Shown here: in pieces, positions 17,985-27,377 of the stretch
How positions within the stretch are numbered: the first letter of the stretch is position 1
Layout: each line of letters starts with the position of its first letter
From: a virus
Taxonomy: Duplodnaviria > Caudoviricetes
DNA length: 41,428 nucleotides
IMG/VR virus record: IMGVR_UViG_3300033513_000024
Location: 1-41,428 of that record
Strand: one strand, 5' to 3'
Notes under the pieces: model-generated
Databases searched by the model: none
The model's input: the letters and a program-made list of their open reading frames with translations, nothing else
Told to the model about the DNA's origin: nothing
Position numbers and translations under genes: made by a program

Positions 17985-20100
17985 CGATAATGGCCACCGC
18001 CGTGCACCTGCAATTGATAATCTCTTCGGGCAAGTTCCCCTCGCCCGGCGATTGCATCATATCCGCCCCAACATTGAACATCGCATCCAGCGCGATCGGC
18101 TCTGCCTGGTAGCGCTGGTGTGCCTCGACGTGTGTATCTCGTGTCCGATCGTCGAGCGCCGCCAGCCACGCCTTCTTCTCCACAACCCCCGATTGGCGCA
18201 TTCCCTCGATGTTGCCCTTGTTGGCCGCCTTATTCATCTCAGTTCGGCTGATGCGCTCCGTCTCATAATCCGACTTGCGCGTGTCGAACACCGTGCTGAT
18301 CCGGCCATAGATTTCCTGCTGTATCCGGGGGATGCCCCATCCGCCGGCGTCCGCCTCTGCCAGCACCTCACGCAACACCACCGCGATCTGGTCCTGAGTC
18401 GTTTGGTTGATGTCCTCCGCGAACTTGATCGGCATCGCCTGGATGGCCGGCACCACGTGCGGATTGCGCAGGTCAAACGTCAAATCCACCCCCAGCGTGT
18501 CCAGTTGCCCCTGGCCGAAGTCCTGTATAGTCTCCTCAAAGAAGTGCAGATAATTGTCCGCCAGGAACTTCGCCTCCGCCGCCCAATTCAGGAGATCGCC
18601 GGGGCCGGTGGGGATGGGGCCATCCTTAGCCGCCTTCCCCCCGCGCAACTTCCGCAGCACCTCATTCTGCTGGCGCTGGAAGTCCTTCTTCAATTGCCGT
18701 TGCATAGCCCGCTCGTGTGGCACGAGTTGCGCTGCATAAGTCTTCCACAGTGCCTCGTGTTGTGGCGACCCATAGGCGATCACCGCTTTGGTCTCTCGCC
18801 CGTTCCGATGGGACAGAGCAGCAATCGGCTGGGTCTTCACTGGCGACGGCGCCCCCGTGGGCAGCAGGTTCACCGGCAAATACCCTGTATTCATCCCAGG
18901 CAGCCCCGCCGGCATTCCCAGCTTTAGCCGCTCATTGATCGCATCCGGTGCATACCCCAGGCTGAAGAGGCTCTTCGCCTGCTCCAGCTTCGGCGCGATG
19001 TCCTCCTGCAGAATCCCCACGCCCGACAGGTCAGTTGCAACTCGCTCTCCCGCATTCAGCAGCGGTCGTACCCGGCTGAAGAAGTGCGTCAGGCCAGTAT
19101 CCCGGTGGTTAATCAGCGCCAGCATCGTCAGCGTCCAGAACGCCTTCAATGCTGCCAGCAACTTCGTCTCCGTGTCGTAGGTATCTGGTCCCCATCCCAT
19201 CAGCGCATCCGGCACACCGATGATTGCCCCTACCTCATCCCGGCTGAATTTGCGTTGATCAAGCCACTCGATGTCCTTCGGCGTGAAGCTGAACGTCTTA
19301 ATGTCGGTGATGCCTTGCTCCAGAATAATCGGCCGGTGCCACCCCGCCTGCCCGCTGAATTTCATCATCAGCGCCGTCTCCAGCGCTTCCTTCTCCGAGG
19401 TGGTGATCCCCTGGGGGGCAATCACCGCATAATCAGGCCGCGCCCCGCGCTGCAAAAACGACTTGCTCCACGCCTGCGCAAATAAGTCGATGACAATCCC
19501 CTCTCTCACTGCCGCGATAGGAGGCAGCCCACGGAACTCGTTCAGAGGGTTATAGAATTTCGTGTGGATCATCCGCTCCGGGGGAATGGGGTTCTGGTCG
19601 TCGTCGTCGAAGATGTAATCGGCCACCCGCGGATAAAGTGACCGCTCCGGTGAGATGTCCGGCCGTAAGCCGATCTGGTCCGGCCGCCGCGGCCACAGCT
19701 CCACCGGCCGCCCCCGCTTATCGTCCACGACCTCCTGGAAGCTCTCCCCGGCCAGCAGGTGGTGGATAATCCACCGCTGCCACAGGTCCACCGGGTTCAT
19801 CGTGTCGTTGACGTTGCTCAGCAGGTCCGTGATAATGTGCGGCTTCGCCTTGCCGTCGGCGTCCACCACTCTCACCGGCAGAGGCGCGAAGTTTTCGGCC
19901 ACTTTAGCCACCGCCTTGTGCACCCACACATAGGCCTGGTATATTTTGGCGTAATCGGCAAAGGCCCCGATTTCATCGTCGAAGACCTTCGTCACCCCCG
20001 ATTGCTGCTGCACCAGGTGCACCCGCCCGGCCAGCTCGGGATGAGACGAGACGCCCTTTAATCTATCGCGTTCGGCTTGGATGCGAGATAAAAAGCCCAT
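17980..20100 (-). CDS. portal protein fused to MuF/SPP1 gp7-like head morphogenesis domain
   Basis: Portal motifs (FRGLPPI, IGVP) then RISRTE, KAWLAALDDRTRDTH, EIINCRC. Confidence 0.9.
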   Translation of the reverse strand: MGFLSRIQAERDRLKGVSSHPELAGRVHLVQQQSGVTKVFDDEIGAFADYAKIYQAYVWVHKAVAKVAENFAPLPVRVVDADGKAKPHIITDLLSNVNDTMNPVDLWQRWIIHHLLAGESFQEVVDDKRGRPVELWPRRPDQIGLRPDISPERSLYPRVADYIFDDDDQNPIPPERMIHTKFYNPLNEFRGLPPIAAVREGIVIDLFAQAWSKSFLQRGARPDYAVIAPQGITTSEKEALETALMMKFSGQAGWHRPIILEQGITDIKTFSFTPKDIEWLDQRKFSRDEVGAIIGVPDALMGWGPDTYDTETKLLAALKAFWTLTMLALINHRDTGLTHFFSRVRPLLNAGERVATDLSGVGILQEDIAPKLEQAKSLFSLGYAPDAINERLKLGMPAGLPGMNTGYLPVNLLPTGAPSPVKTQPIAALSHRNGRETKAVIAYGSPQHEALWKTYAAQLVPHERAMQRQLKKDFQRQQNEVLRKLRGGKAAKDGPIPTGPGDLLNWAAEAKFLADNYLHFFEETIQDFGQGQLDTLGVDLTFDLRNPHVVPAIQAMPIKFAEDINQTTQDQIAVVLREVLAEADAGGWGIPRIQQEIYGRISTVFDTRKSDYETERISRTEMNKAANKGNIEGMRQSGVVEKKAWLAALDDRTRDTHVEAHQRYQAEPIALDAMFNVGADMMQSPGEGNLPEEIINCRCTAVAIIE

Positions 20101-20298
20101 TTATCCCCTGCCCGCCTTGTACCCGGCCACCACAGCCGCGATTATCCACGTCACCGCCCTCACCACGAACCCCACCAGCCACCCCGCCACAAAAGGCACC
20201 ACAGACACGATAACGACGATTATATCGCCTGCCTTGATCTGGCTTGCCTGTACCTTGATTTGCTCGATCATCTTCGCCTCATCCTCATCCAGGCCCAT
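20101..20298 (-). CDS. small membrane protein
   Basis: Hydrophobic 65-aa ORF between terminase and portal. Confidence 0.5.
   Translation of the reverse strand: MGLDEDEAKMIEQIKVQASQIKAGDIIVVIVSVVPFVAGWLVGFVVRAVTWIIAAVVAGYKAGRG
20203..20230 (-). repeat. dif-like site inside a small ORF
   Basis: Minus strand: AGGCGATATAA TCGTCG TTATCGTGTCT. Confidence 0.7.
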
Positions 20299-21722
20299 TC
20301 CCGTATCGCGTCCGGCCCGTGGTCTTCCGCCTTGACCGGTTTTACCTCATCGCCGGTCGCTCCCTCCGGGTACTGGTAATCCTCCCCCATCTCACGGATG
20401 AAGTTCCTGCACCGTGGGTGGACCCTCATCTTGACATTGCCATCCGCCCCACGTACGAGCCGCCGAACGTTGTTGATGCCTTCGATGATCCCAGCCGACC
20501 CGCCGCGGGCCGTGATGTCAGCCTGCCGCAACGCTTCGGCCAGTTGCACCGCGCTGGGATCGCCTACCGCGATCTCGAAGCGCTCGAACCCATGACCCTT
20601 GGCCATCGCCTTCGCCTCACTGATGCACACGGCCGGCAAGTGGCGAGTGTGGTACAGCTCATCGAAGATATTGACCACGCCCTGGTCGTCCACCTGAATA
20701 AAGAGAAAAACACGCGGGCTATGAGAAAACCCATCGTCATACGCAATTTCCACTGGTCCACGGTCCGCGTCATAATCCGCCAGGGCTGAGATGTTGTCCG
20801 CTCCAAACTCATCGTAAACCAACCCTTCGGCCGTCTCAACGAATAGCCCCCCAAGCTCTTGCTCTCCCCACTTCCCCGTGTACGCCGTCAGCATCGAGGC
20901 GTAGAAGAGCGGGTCCAGGTTGGCCCGGTTGTCGTGGATGCTGGCGTGATGATACTCGTACAGCGGACCCTTGTACCCCAGCTCATCCAGTAACACCTGG
21001 ACCTCTGCTGGTACTTCCTGCTGCACGAACGTCCTGAACGTCCAGTGCCGTTTCCCCCGCGGCGTCATCGTCACCCACGCTGACGGGTCCGGTCCTATGC
21101 GCACTCCGCCGATGGCCACCTTCCAACTGCCGCCCGTCCGGTCCCGCTGGCCTTCGTCATACCACAGCCAGTTGACATTTGGGCCGCGTGCGCTGTCCAC
21201 ATCTCGCAGACCCTTGCAGTTGACCGTCGCACCGTTGTCGAAGTGGATCACGAACGGGGCTGTTGGCTCCCAGCCAAATTCGCCCATTCGCTGGTCTCTG
21301 GCAATCACATGCTCCCAGGCAATCCATCGCCGGAACTCCGGCCACGTCGAGAGTTTGAAGTTTTCAAAGTCAGGGTTAAGCACCAGGCCCGGCAACCCGC
21401 GCCTGATGCGTTTCAGCGCCTCTTGCGCCCCCGCCGTGCTCTTCCCCGATCCCCGACCACCCACCAACGCTTTGTAACGTACCGTGCTGTCGTGAAAATG
21501 CCCCTGGCCAGGATTGGGAATGTACAGGTGCCCATCGTCGCGGACAAACCAATCACCCGTTCTCCACGGGCTGTTCCGCACCTTCAGCCGGCGCTGTTTC
21601 TCCGCCAGCAGCACCGCCAGTTCCCGCTTTTGCTGGCGCTCTAACGGCTGCGCTAAGCCGTGCGATCCTCTCGTCCAATTCATCGTCATCCAACTCTGCA
21701 AGATCGTCCACTCCCAGAGCAC
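20268..21722 (-). CDS. terL: terminase large subunit (start uncertain)
   Basis: Walker A GGRGSGKS, WYDE Walker B, TMTP, C-terminal nuclease with DHGPDA. Confidence 0.9.
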   Translation of the reverse strand: MLWEWTILQSWMTMNWTRGSHGLAQPLERQQKRELAVLLAEKQRRLKVRNSPWRTGDWFVRDDGHLYIPNPGQGHFHDSTVRYKALVGGRGSGKSTAGAQEALKRIRRGLPGLVLNPDFENFKLSTWPEFRRWIAWEHVIARDQRMGEFGWEPTAPFVIHFDNGATVNCKGLRDVDSARGPNVNWLWYDEGQRDRTGGSWKVAIGGVRIGPDPSAWVTMTPRGKRHWTFRTFVQQEVPAEVQVLLDELGYKGPLYEYHHASIHDNRANLDPLFYASMLTAYTGKWGEQELGGLFVETAEGLVYDEFGADNISALADYDADRGPVEIAYDDGFSHSPRVFLFIQVDDQGVVNIFDELYHTRHLPAVCISEAKAMAKGHGFERFEIAVGDPSAVQLAEALRQADITARGGSAGIIEGINNVRRLVRGADGNVKMRVHPRCRNFIREMGEDYQYPEGATGDEVKPVKAEDHGPDAIREWAWMRMRRR

Positions 21723-22209
21723 CTCTCACGTCCACCCCTATCCGGGCAGGTTCCGGCGCGTCCCCCGTCATCTGCAAAAACAGCTTCCGGTCCTGGTGCG
21801 CCCCTGCCTCTGGGGTGCTGGCCACTGCGATCAAGGCGTCGATCACATCCCGCCTGTGTTTCATCAAGGGCGCTATCTGGAGAGTGGCGATTTCTTCGTC
21901 AATCGTCGGGAACTTCCGCCGCCAGTTGCGGATCGCCCGGTCTGATTTCATCCCCAGAATATCGACCGCCAGCTTCTCTTGACTGGCCGGCCAGCGCCCC
22001 TTTATTGGCGAGCTTGCCCACGCGATATAGGCCGCCACCCGCCAGGTCCACCCCCCCCGTCTCAGGATGATGTATTCATCCCACCACGGACACTCTGCCC
22101 GCCGTTCCCAGAATATCTGATGCGCCGTCCGGCTCTCCGCCTGCCCCGGCGTCTCCTCCGAGGCCGGAAAAGCCGTCTGCGTATCATCAAGTGCCAAACA
22201 ATCCGTCAT
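21553..22209 (-). CDS. terminase small subunit-like HTH protein
   Basis: HTH (SQEKLAVDILG...RAIRNWRRK), DRKLFLQMTG, LAELDDDEL; directly upstream of terL. Confidence 0.7.
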   Translation of the reverse strand: MTDCLALDDTQTAFPASEETPGQAESRTAHQIFWERRAECPWWDEYIILRRGGWTWRVAAYIAWASSPIKGRWPASQEKLAVDILGMKSDRAIRNWRRKFPTIDEEIATLQIAPLMKHRRDVIDALIAVASTPEAGAHQDRKLFLQMTGDAPEPARIGVDVRGALGVDDLAELDDDELDERIARLSAAVRAPAKAGTGGAAGGETAPAEGAEQPVENG

Positions 22210-22267
22210 CTCTACAGCCTGCCCTTCCCCCTCTCCCCTCAGAGGGGGCCACCTTCCCCCGAATGAG

Positions 22268-22378
22268 TGAGGCGGGCCGGAATTGAACCGGCTGTCCTAT
22301 TCATGCCACTCACGAGCTGGCTGGACTTTCTATTGCTTGGCATACACCAAGTGCGTTTCTCGTCAACGCCGCCGCCCG
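22268..22378 (-). ncRNA. tRNA-like structured RNA with non-canonical anticodon loop and long extra arm
   Basis: Acceptor CGGGCGG/CCGCCTC, D-stem GCGT/ACGC, CTTGG-TGTATG-CCAAG, about 43-nt extra region, T-arm GCCGG-TTCAATT-CCGGC. Confidence 0.6.
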
Positions 22379-22434
22379 GTAGCCCCCCCTGTCCCTTTTC
22401 CCGTTCGGTGAGAGAGGATTGGGGTTAGGTTCTC

Positions 22435-22462
22435 AGTGACCATAAGCCCGATTATACCTACT
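22435..22462 (-). repeat. dif-like site
   Basis: Minus strand: AGTAGGTATAA TCGGGC TTATGGTCACT. Confidence 0.75.
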
Positions 22463-23045
22463 GCCCTTGGCTCTTCAGGTGATCTCTCACCATCTGCGCC
22501 CCGATCATTTCCACCAGTCCCTCTCGGACCTTCTCCGATAGGATTTCAAACAGGTCTGCATCTACCTGGACGATGTACGATTTCGGAACGATCGGCGGCA
22601 CTTCATCGATGCCAGCCCGCCAGAGTATCAAACAATTGATATTCGCCGGGTCAAGCGGTGGGGTTTCCGGCTCAGGCTTAGGTTCTGGTTCTGGCTCCGG
22701 TTCAGGCTCCGGTTCTGGACCAGGCTCCGGCTCCGGCGTTGGCTCCTCTTCGACCACTGTAATCATGCTAGGTAGTATGACAGCCACCGATAGCGCGCTT
22801 GGCGCTTGCACGGTGTACTCTTGCGCTACCAGCACCCAGGTCTCCTCACGCTTGCCCACCAATGTCATCCACGCTGGCGCTGGCAGGTCCAATTTATACG
22901 GCGCGCCTTGTGGGTGATCCCCCTCCGGCTTGCGCTCGCCCGTCAACTTCTCGAATCGCCACCATACGTTGACCTCGAAAGGCTCAGCCATCCAAATTTG
23001 CGGCCATCCATCGTTCGCGACTTGGACCACGTTCAGCTTGCTCAT
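22458..23045 (-). CDS. hypothetical protein with Pro-Glu linker
   Basis: (PE)n tract separating two domains. Confidence 0.65.
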   Translation of the reverse strand: MSKLNVVQVANDGWPQIWMAEPFEVNVWWRFEKLTGERKPEGDHPQGAPYKLDLPAPAWMTLVGKREETWVLVAQEYTVQAPSALSVAVILPSMITVVEEEPTPEPEPGPEPEPEPEPEPEPKPEPETPPLDPANINCLILWRAGIDEVPPIVPKSYIVQVDADLFEILSEKVREGLVEMIGAQMVRDHLKSQGQ

Positions 23046-23419
23046 CGGTCACCTCGATTAGCCCCTAGGATGATGATTGCCCGCCGGTGGTTGAGTTCTG
23101 GCCGGTCCACATCGGCGACCAGCCCCCGCTCACTCATTGGGCTCGCCGCCCGGTCCTCTTCCGACTGGCAATCCACTACGTAGACTGGATACGTGCCGTG
23201 CTCCTCCACCGTCATAGTCCCGCGCAGCCCCAAGTACCTGCAATCCTGAACGCCGATGCGCACCACCCCCGGCCCGGCCAGCTCCCCGCCGTTGCCCAGG
23301 CGGTTCAACTCAACCTGCTCGAAGAGGCCATGCCGGACGGCCGCCAGGACGCCGAATAAGACGACAATTGAGAGCAGCGAGAGATTCATTGAAACCGGCT
23401 CCCCAGCTCCCACCACCAT
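23042..23419 (-). CDS. secreted/membrane-anchored protein, possibly 3D/DPBB-like cell-wall protein
   Basis: N-terminal hydrophobic segment; DC...VVDC...DVD pattern. Confidence 0.4.
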   Translation of the reverse strand: MVVGAGEPVSMNLSLLSIVVLFGVLAAVRHGLFEQVELNRLGNGGELAGPGVVRIGVQDCRYLGLRGTMTVEEHGTYPVYVVDCQSEEDRAASPMSERGLVADVDRPELNHRRAIIILGANRGDR

Positions 23420-23529
23420 CTAATCAGCGCGCACAGTGCGCCGCCTGCAACGAGCACTGCAATCGCAACGAAGAAGGCCGCCATCTGCGTCTTGCGTGTC
23501 CTCATTGTCCCCCCAGCGCCTTGTGCTGA

Positions 23530-23793
23530 TTATCGCGTTTCCTCATGTCCCTCTGCCTTCGGGGCGTCGCCTTGATCCGGCGTGCCGTCCATCTCTACCA
23601 TCAGCAGGATGATCTGGGTGAGGCCTGCTAGCTCTTCGGTGATGCTCAGCAATTGCGTGTGGATTTCACGCACCCTGGCGATCAAATCGACCAGCCGATC
23701 TCCCTGGCGTCTCAGCATTTCACGGTTCATCGGTCCCCTCGCCGCGCCCCTCCCCCTTTTTCCAGCCAGCCCTAACGCACTCCAGGTGGGCAT
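23530..23793 (-). CDS. hypothetical coiled-coil protein (start probably at MNREML)
   Basis: ORF within operon; heptad pattern. Confidence 0.45.
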   Translation of the reverse strand: MPTWSALGLAGKRGRGAARGPMNREMLRRQGDRLVDLIARVREIHTQLLSITEELAGLTQIILLMVEMDGTPDQGDAPKAEGHEETR

Positions 23794-24226
23794 AGGCGTC
23801 GGCCTGCTGCGAGATAGTCATGGTGTGCAATGAAAGCGTGCTTTTCATTCCCATCAGAGCCACCCGATTATCACTGATAGCCTGCTGCACGGCTGCCCAG
23901 TTTCCCGCCTGTTGTTCGTGATCGGTCCAAAAATGTTCTAGAGTTTGCTCTAAGATGGTAAGCATTCGGTCATGGGTTTTGACCAAATGGGCCGCTGCCG
24001 CCACCTCAGTGTCAATTTCGTGATGAAGTAGCTCATCATCTTGTTCAAGGATGGCCCTAGTCCGCAGTTTCTGCGTCGCCCGCCGCTTATCAAACCATCT
24101 GGCTATCGGCGGGATGAACGTCGCTACTCTAGTGGCGATCCTGTCGCCATTCAGTACGAGGATCAGAGCAATAGCGACCAGCCAGCCATAGGCTTCAATG
24201 ATGTATTGCAAGTCTTTAAGGAGCAT
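23720..24226 (-). CDS. membrane-anchored protein (holin/lysis-like)
   Basis: Single N-terminal transmembrane segment plus coiled coil. Confidence 0.5.
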   Translation of the reverse strand: MLLKDLQYIIEAYGWLVAIALILVLNGDRIATRVATFIPPIARWFDKRRATQKLRTRAILEQDDELLHHEIDTEVAAAAHLVKTHDRMLTILEQTLEHFWTDHEQQAGNWAAVQQAISDNRVALMGMKSTLSLHTMTISQQADAYAHLECVRAGWKKGEGRGEGTDEP

Positions 24227-24256
24227 TCAATCTCCTACCCGTGGCTAACTCAATGA

Positions 24257-24694
24257 CTACCCAGCGTTGTCCTGCTTCCACGCCTCGAAAGCCGTGTAGA
24301 ATGCCGCCTGATGCTCGACCCAGAACCGGTCGAACCGGTCGAAGGCGTCCTGTGTGAGCTGCGCGAACCGTTCCGGCGGCACCAACGCCTTCACCAGCGT
24401 CAGGTCGAAGTTCCCCACCTTGTCCGGCAGCAAACGGTACACCGCGTCCGCAATCGCCTTCTTGTCTGCCCCGGCCATCCGCACGTGCAGCGACTCCATC
24501 CCCTGTTCCTGCAAGCGGTACGCCGCGCAGATACCCGCATAAAGCACGGGCAGCAGCGCCGCCTCGATTTCGGTTTCCATCGGGTAGCCCTGCTTTTCCT
24601 TCTTCAAGACCGGCAGGTACTTCACCCCCAGCGCCAGCACCCCCAGCGCCAGCACGATCACCAAACCCAACTCGATCAACCCAGTGCTGTCCAT
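24257..24694 (-). CDS. holin-like membrane protein
   Basis: GAGAGGAG RBS before MDSTG; N-terminal transmembrane segment; GADKKAIA resembles LL-H-type holins. Confidence 0.5.
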   Translation of the reverse strand: MDSTGLIELGLVIVLALGVLALGVKYLPVLKKEKQGYPMETEIEAALLPVLYAGICAAYRLQEQGMESLHVRMAGADKKAIADAVYRLLPDKVGNFDLTLVKALVPPERFAQLTQDAFDRFDRFWVEHQAAFYTAFEAWKQDNAG

Positions 24695-24802
24695 CGTGTT
24701 CTCCTCTCGATTTGTGTAAACAAAAAAGGGCAACCCACACACGTGGATCACCCCCCAGCTAACTACCACACCCCCGACCCCAATATCTAGTATCCTACTC
24801 CC

Positions 24803-24832
24803 AATCTAACACAACCTATGCCCCCTTGTCAA
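24803..24832 (-). promoter_or_regulatory. promoter of the late (lysis/packaging/structure) operon
   Basis: TTGACA, 18-bp spacer, TAGATT on the minus strand, just downstream of a terminator. Confidence 0.55.
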
Positions 24833-24844
24833 TGCCCCCCAAAC

Positions 24845-24881
24845 AAAAAAGCCCCCGCAGGCCGAAACCTGCCGGGGCTTT
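24845..24881 (-). terminator. rho-independent terminator ending the early/middle operon
   Basis: GCCCC(C)GCAGG-loop-CCTGC(C)GGGGC stem with an A6 tract on + (U-tail on -). Confidence 0.75.
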
Positions 24882-24899
24882 CCCCCTATCAACTACCAC

Positions 24900-24927
24900 A
24901 GAGGGTATAATGGTGCTTATCCGCACT
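24900..24927 (+). repeat. dif-like site
   Basis: AGAGGGTATAA TGGTGC TTATCCGCACT. Confidence 0.8.
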
Positions 24928-24946
24928 GCGTTTTTCCTACAAACCT

Positions 24947-25549
24947 CTAGCCCTCAGTGAACTCAGCGTCAACCACATCGGAGGCGCCGCCTGGCGGTGC
25001 CAACAATCTAGAAGCAAGTGTCCGCTCAGTCCACAGTTGGGTGAGCGTCTTGCCCGTGCTTTCCTCTAGCATCCAGGGCATAAGCGGAGAATAGCCAGGT
25101 GAGAGCTGTTGTAGGAACCAGGTGCCATCCAATGCCTCACGCATCATAAAGAGCGCCATTTTGAGCGAACCCTCGCGGCGCTTCTCATAGGACTGGCGCA
25201 GCCGATAATCCGTCTTCACCGGCAATGCGGCCACATCCAGCCGGCCATACAGCAGCTTGCCGCCCTGGTCCTCGATGTAATGGATCCGAAAGCCGTCGCG
25301 TTTCTGGTCGCCGACCTGGAAGATCCCCCGCTGGAAAGTTTGCACCTGGCCACCCAGGCGACTGATAGACGCAATGATCTCCAGCTTCAGTTTCTCGATA
25401 CTTTTGCCGGTCGTGTGTCCCCGCCAGCCCTGCTCGCTGGTCACATCGTCAAAGAATGGCACCTGCTGCGCTTTGTGTTCAGATTGATCAGGAATGAACT
25501 CCATTTTGCCCACCCCCTCCCATTTGGTCTCCAAGTCATTATAACCCAC
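24947..25549 (-). CDS. hypothetical protein
   Basis: 200-aa ORF in operon. Confidence 0.65.
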   Translation of the reverse strand: MGYNDLETKWEGVGKMEFIPDQSEHKAQQVPFFDDVTSEQGWRGHTTGKSIEKLKLEIIASISRLGGQVQTFQRGIFQVGDQKRDGFRIHYIEDQGGKLLYGRLDVAALPVKTDYRLRQSYEKRREGSLKMALFMMREALDGTWFLQQLSPGYSPLMPWMLEESTGKTLTQLWTERTLASRLLAPPGGASDVVDAEFTEG

Positions 25550-25572
25550 TCTTCCCCCTCGTCAACCGTCCC

Positions 25573-25600
25573 AGTCGCTATAACTCCAGTTATCCTCACT
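25573..25600 (+). repeat. dif-like site
   Basis: AGTCGCTATAA CTCCAG TTATCCTCACT. Confidence 0.8.
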
Positions 25601-27323
25601 GCATGATTGATAACGTCAAAGCCTTGGCCATCTCAACCGGCACCGAATTCCCGATCTGCCGCACCTTATTCTCTCGATTTCCCGCAAAGACGTAAGATGC
25701 TGGAAACGAGTGCGCCGCGCTCATCTCTTCCGGCTTCAGCATCCGAAACAAAATGTCCAGAAGGTAAGTGTCGTCTTCAACCGCTACACATAACGCAAAA
25801 TGGTCCTTGCTGGTTACGGTGCCCAGCGGCTCAAAAAGCGATTGCCCTACTCCGATCCCGTAATACTTCACCAGGAAAGCTAGGCCGTGCTGGTTCCCGC
25901 CCGCTGCCACTGTGGCCAGCGGTTCGTCGATTGATCTGGCGCGATCACCGCCCTCGTAGCTGGCGCCATGGTATTCGACCAGGAAGGCATTCACCAGTGC
26001 CTGCGCCGGATGATTTGTCAGTGCTCCCATCGGCTCTTCGACCGACGCCCCCCGCGTGTAGCCGTCCTTCCCCCCACGCAGGTTGAGGATGAATGGATTG
26101 ACCACGCCGATGCTCGACCGGTTCGTTATCGTCGGCAGAGGCCTGTCGGCCGAATAAGCGCGCTGCTCCGCCTTCCCGCTATGCTCCACCTGCACGATGA
26201 AGGGGCTCACCACCCCGACGTGGTTCCCCTGAGCTGTAATGGCTGGGACCGGATCATCAACTGAACCGGCGTCGCTGGTGCCGCGCAGCTTGACCACGAA
26301 TGGGTTGACCAACCCCAGGTGATTCCACTCTGCTGTCACCGTGGGCAGCGGCTGCTCGACGGAGACCCCGTCGCTCCCCTTGTAGAGCTTCACCAGAAAT
26401 GGATTGACCACTCCCCCCACACCCCTCCCGGCCGTGATCGTGGGCAGCGGATTGTCCATCGACCGTGGTTGGTTGCCTCTGAAAAATCCCTCCAGTGGCA
26501 GGATGAAGGGCAGCCCCGCGAACTTGCGCAGCCCCACCTCGATCCGCCGCAACGTATTCGGCGACAGCGGCCGGTCCCGGTTGAAGATGGATGATCCCAG
26601 GTCCGTCCAATCTATGATGTCCCTCGCCGGCCGCCAGGGATGTAGGTCCATTGAATGTCCAAAAAGCGGCAGCTTGGCCTTTTTCGGACTGACGTGCGTC
26701 GCCACCGGCCAGAGGATAGGGTTCTGGCGCTTGCTGGCCCGGATGAACAATCGCTTCCTCGTGGTTGGGTCCCCATAGTCGGCTGCACACAGCACCCGCC
26801 ATTCCACGTGATACCCTATCTGAGTAAGCGACCGGATGAATGCTCTGAAGAATTGCCCCTTGCGCGCTGCTATCGGATGACCGGCGTTCGGTCCCTCACG
26901 ATGTAGCGGCCCCCACGTCTGAAATTCCGTGACGTTTTCGATCAGCACGTCCTGAACGTCCAGGTTCCGCAGCCAACGCAGCACGTGCTTCACCGTCGCC
27001 CGGCTCTGCTTCGACATTGGCTTGCCACCCCGCGCCGTGCTGAAGTGCGTGCATTCCGGTGATGCCACGAGGATGCGCAGCTTCCCGCTCGGCACCAAGG
27101 CTTTCGGGTCCAGGTGCTCCAGGCTGTCGCACACGTGCTTCACGCGCGGATGGTTTAGCGAGTGCGTCTCTATGGCAAGTTGCCAGTGATTGATTGCCAG
27201 CAGAGACGCCTTCAACCCCAGCGCGTCCATCGCCTGGAGCAATCCCGTCGAAGTGCCGCCCGCGCCGCAGAATAGATCGGCGCATAAGACCTCAATAGCC
27301 GAAGATGTACTCATCCCCCCCAC
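25596..27323 (-). CDS. C5 cytosine DNA methyltransferase (phage type with internal repeats)
   Basis: DLFCGAGG, SPECTHFS, ENV, TRKRLF, QIGNSV; repeated S(V/I)D.P(L)PT(I/V)T units. Confidence 0.92.
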   Translation of the reverse strand: MGGMSTSSAIEVLCADLFCGAGGTSTGLLQAMDALGLKASLLAINHWQLAIETHSLNHPRVKHVCDSLEHLDPKALVPSGKLRILVASPECTHFSTARGGKPMSKQSRATVKHVLRWLRNLDVQDVLIENVTEFQTWGPLHREGPNAGHPIAARKGQFFRAFIRSLTQIGYHVEWRVLCAADYGDPTTRKRLFIRASKRQNPILWPVATHVSPKKAKLPLFGHSMDLHPWRPARDIIDWTDLGSSIFNRDRPLSPNTLRRIEVGLRKFAGLPFILPLEGFFRGNQPRSMDNPLPTITAGRGVGGVVNPFLVKLYKGSDGVSVEQPLPTVTAEWNHLGLVNPFVVKLRGTSDAGSVDDPVPAITAQGNHVGVVSPFIVQVEHSGKAEQRAYSADRPLPTITNRSSIGVVNPFILNLRGGKDGYTRGASVEEPMGALTNHPAQALVNAFLVEYHGASYEGGDRARSIDEPLATVAAGGNQHGLAFLVKYYGIGVGQSLFEPLGTVTSKDHFALCVAVEDDTYLLDILFRMLKPEEMSAAHSFPASYVFAGNRENKVRQIGNSVPVEMAKALTLSIMQ

Positions 27324-27348
27324 CTTTCCATTTCTGGTTGTTTCCCAT

Positions 27349-27376
27349 AGTGCATATAAGAGTAATTATCGCGCCT
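27349..27376 (+). repeat. dif-like site
   Basis: AGTGCATATAA GAGTAA TTATCGCGCCT. Confidence 0.8.
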
Positions 27377-27377
27377 G

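Noticed and set aside
22665-22745. Tandem DNA repeat as a non-coding element
   Set aside because: Explained by the Pro-Glu linker codons of ORF 22458-23045
25539-25550. Additional dif-like site near the start of the 24947-25549 ORF
   Set aside because: Only one arm (TTATAACCCACT) is present, with no partner at 6-bp spacing
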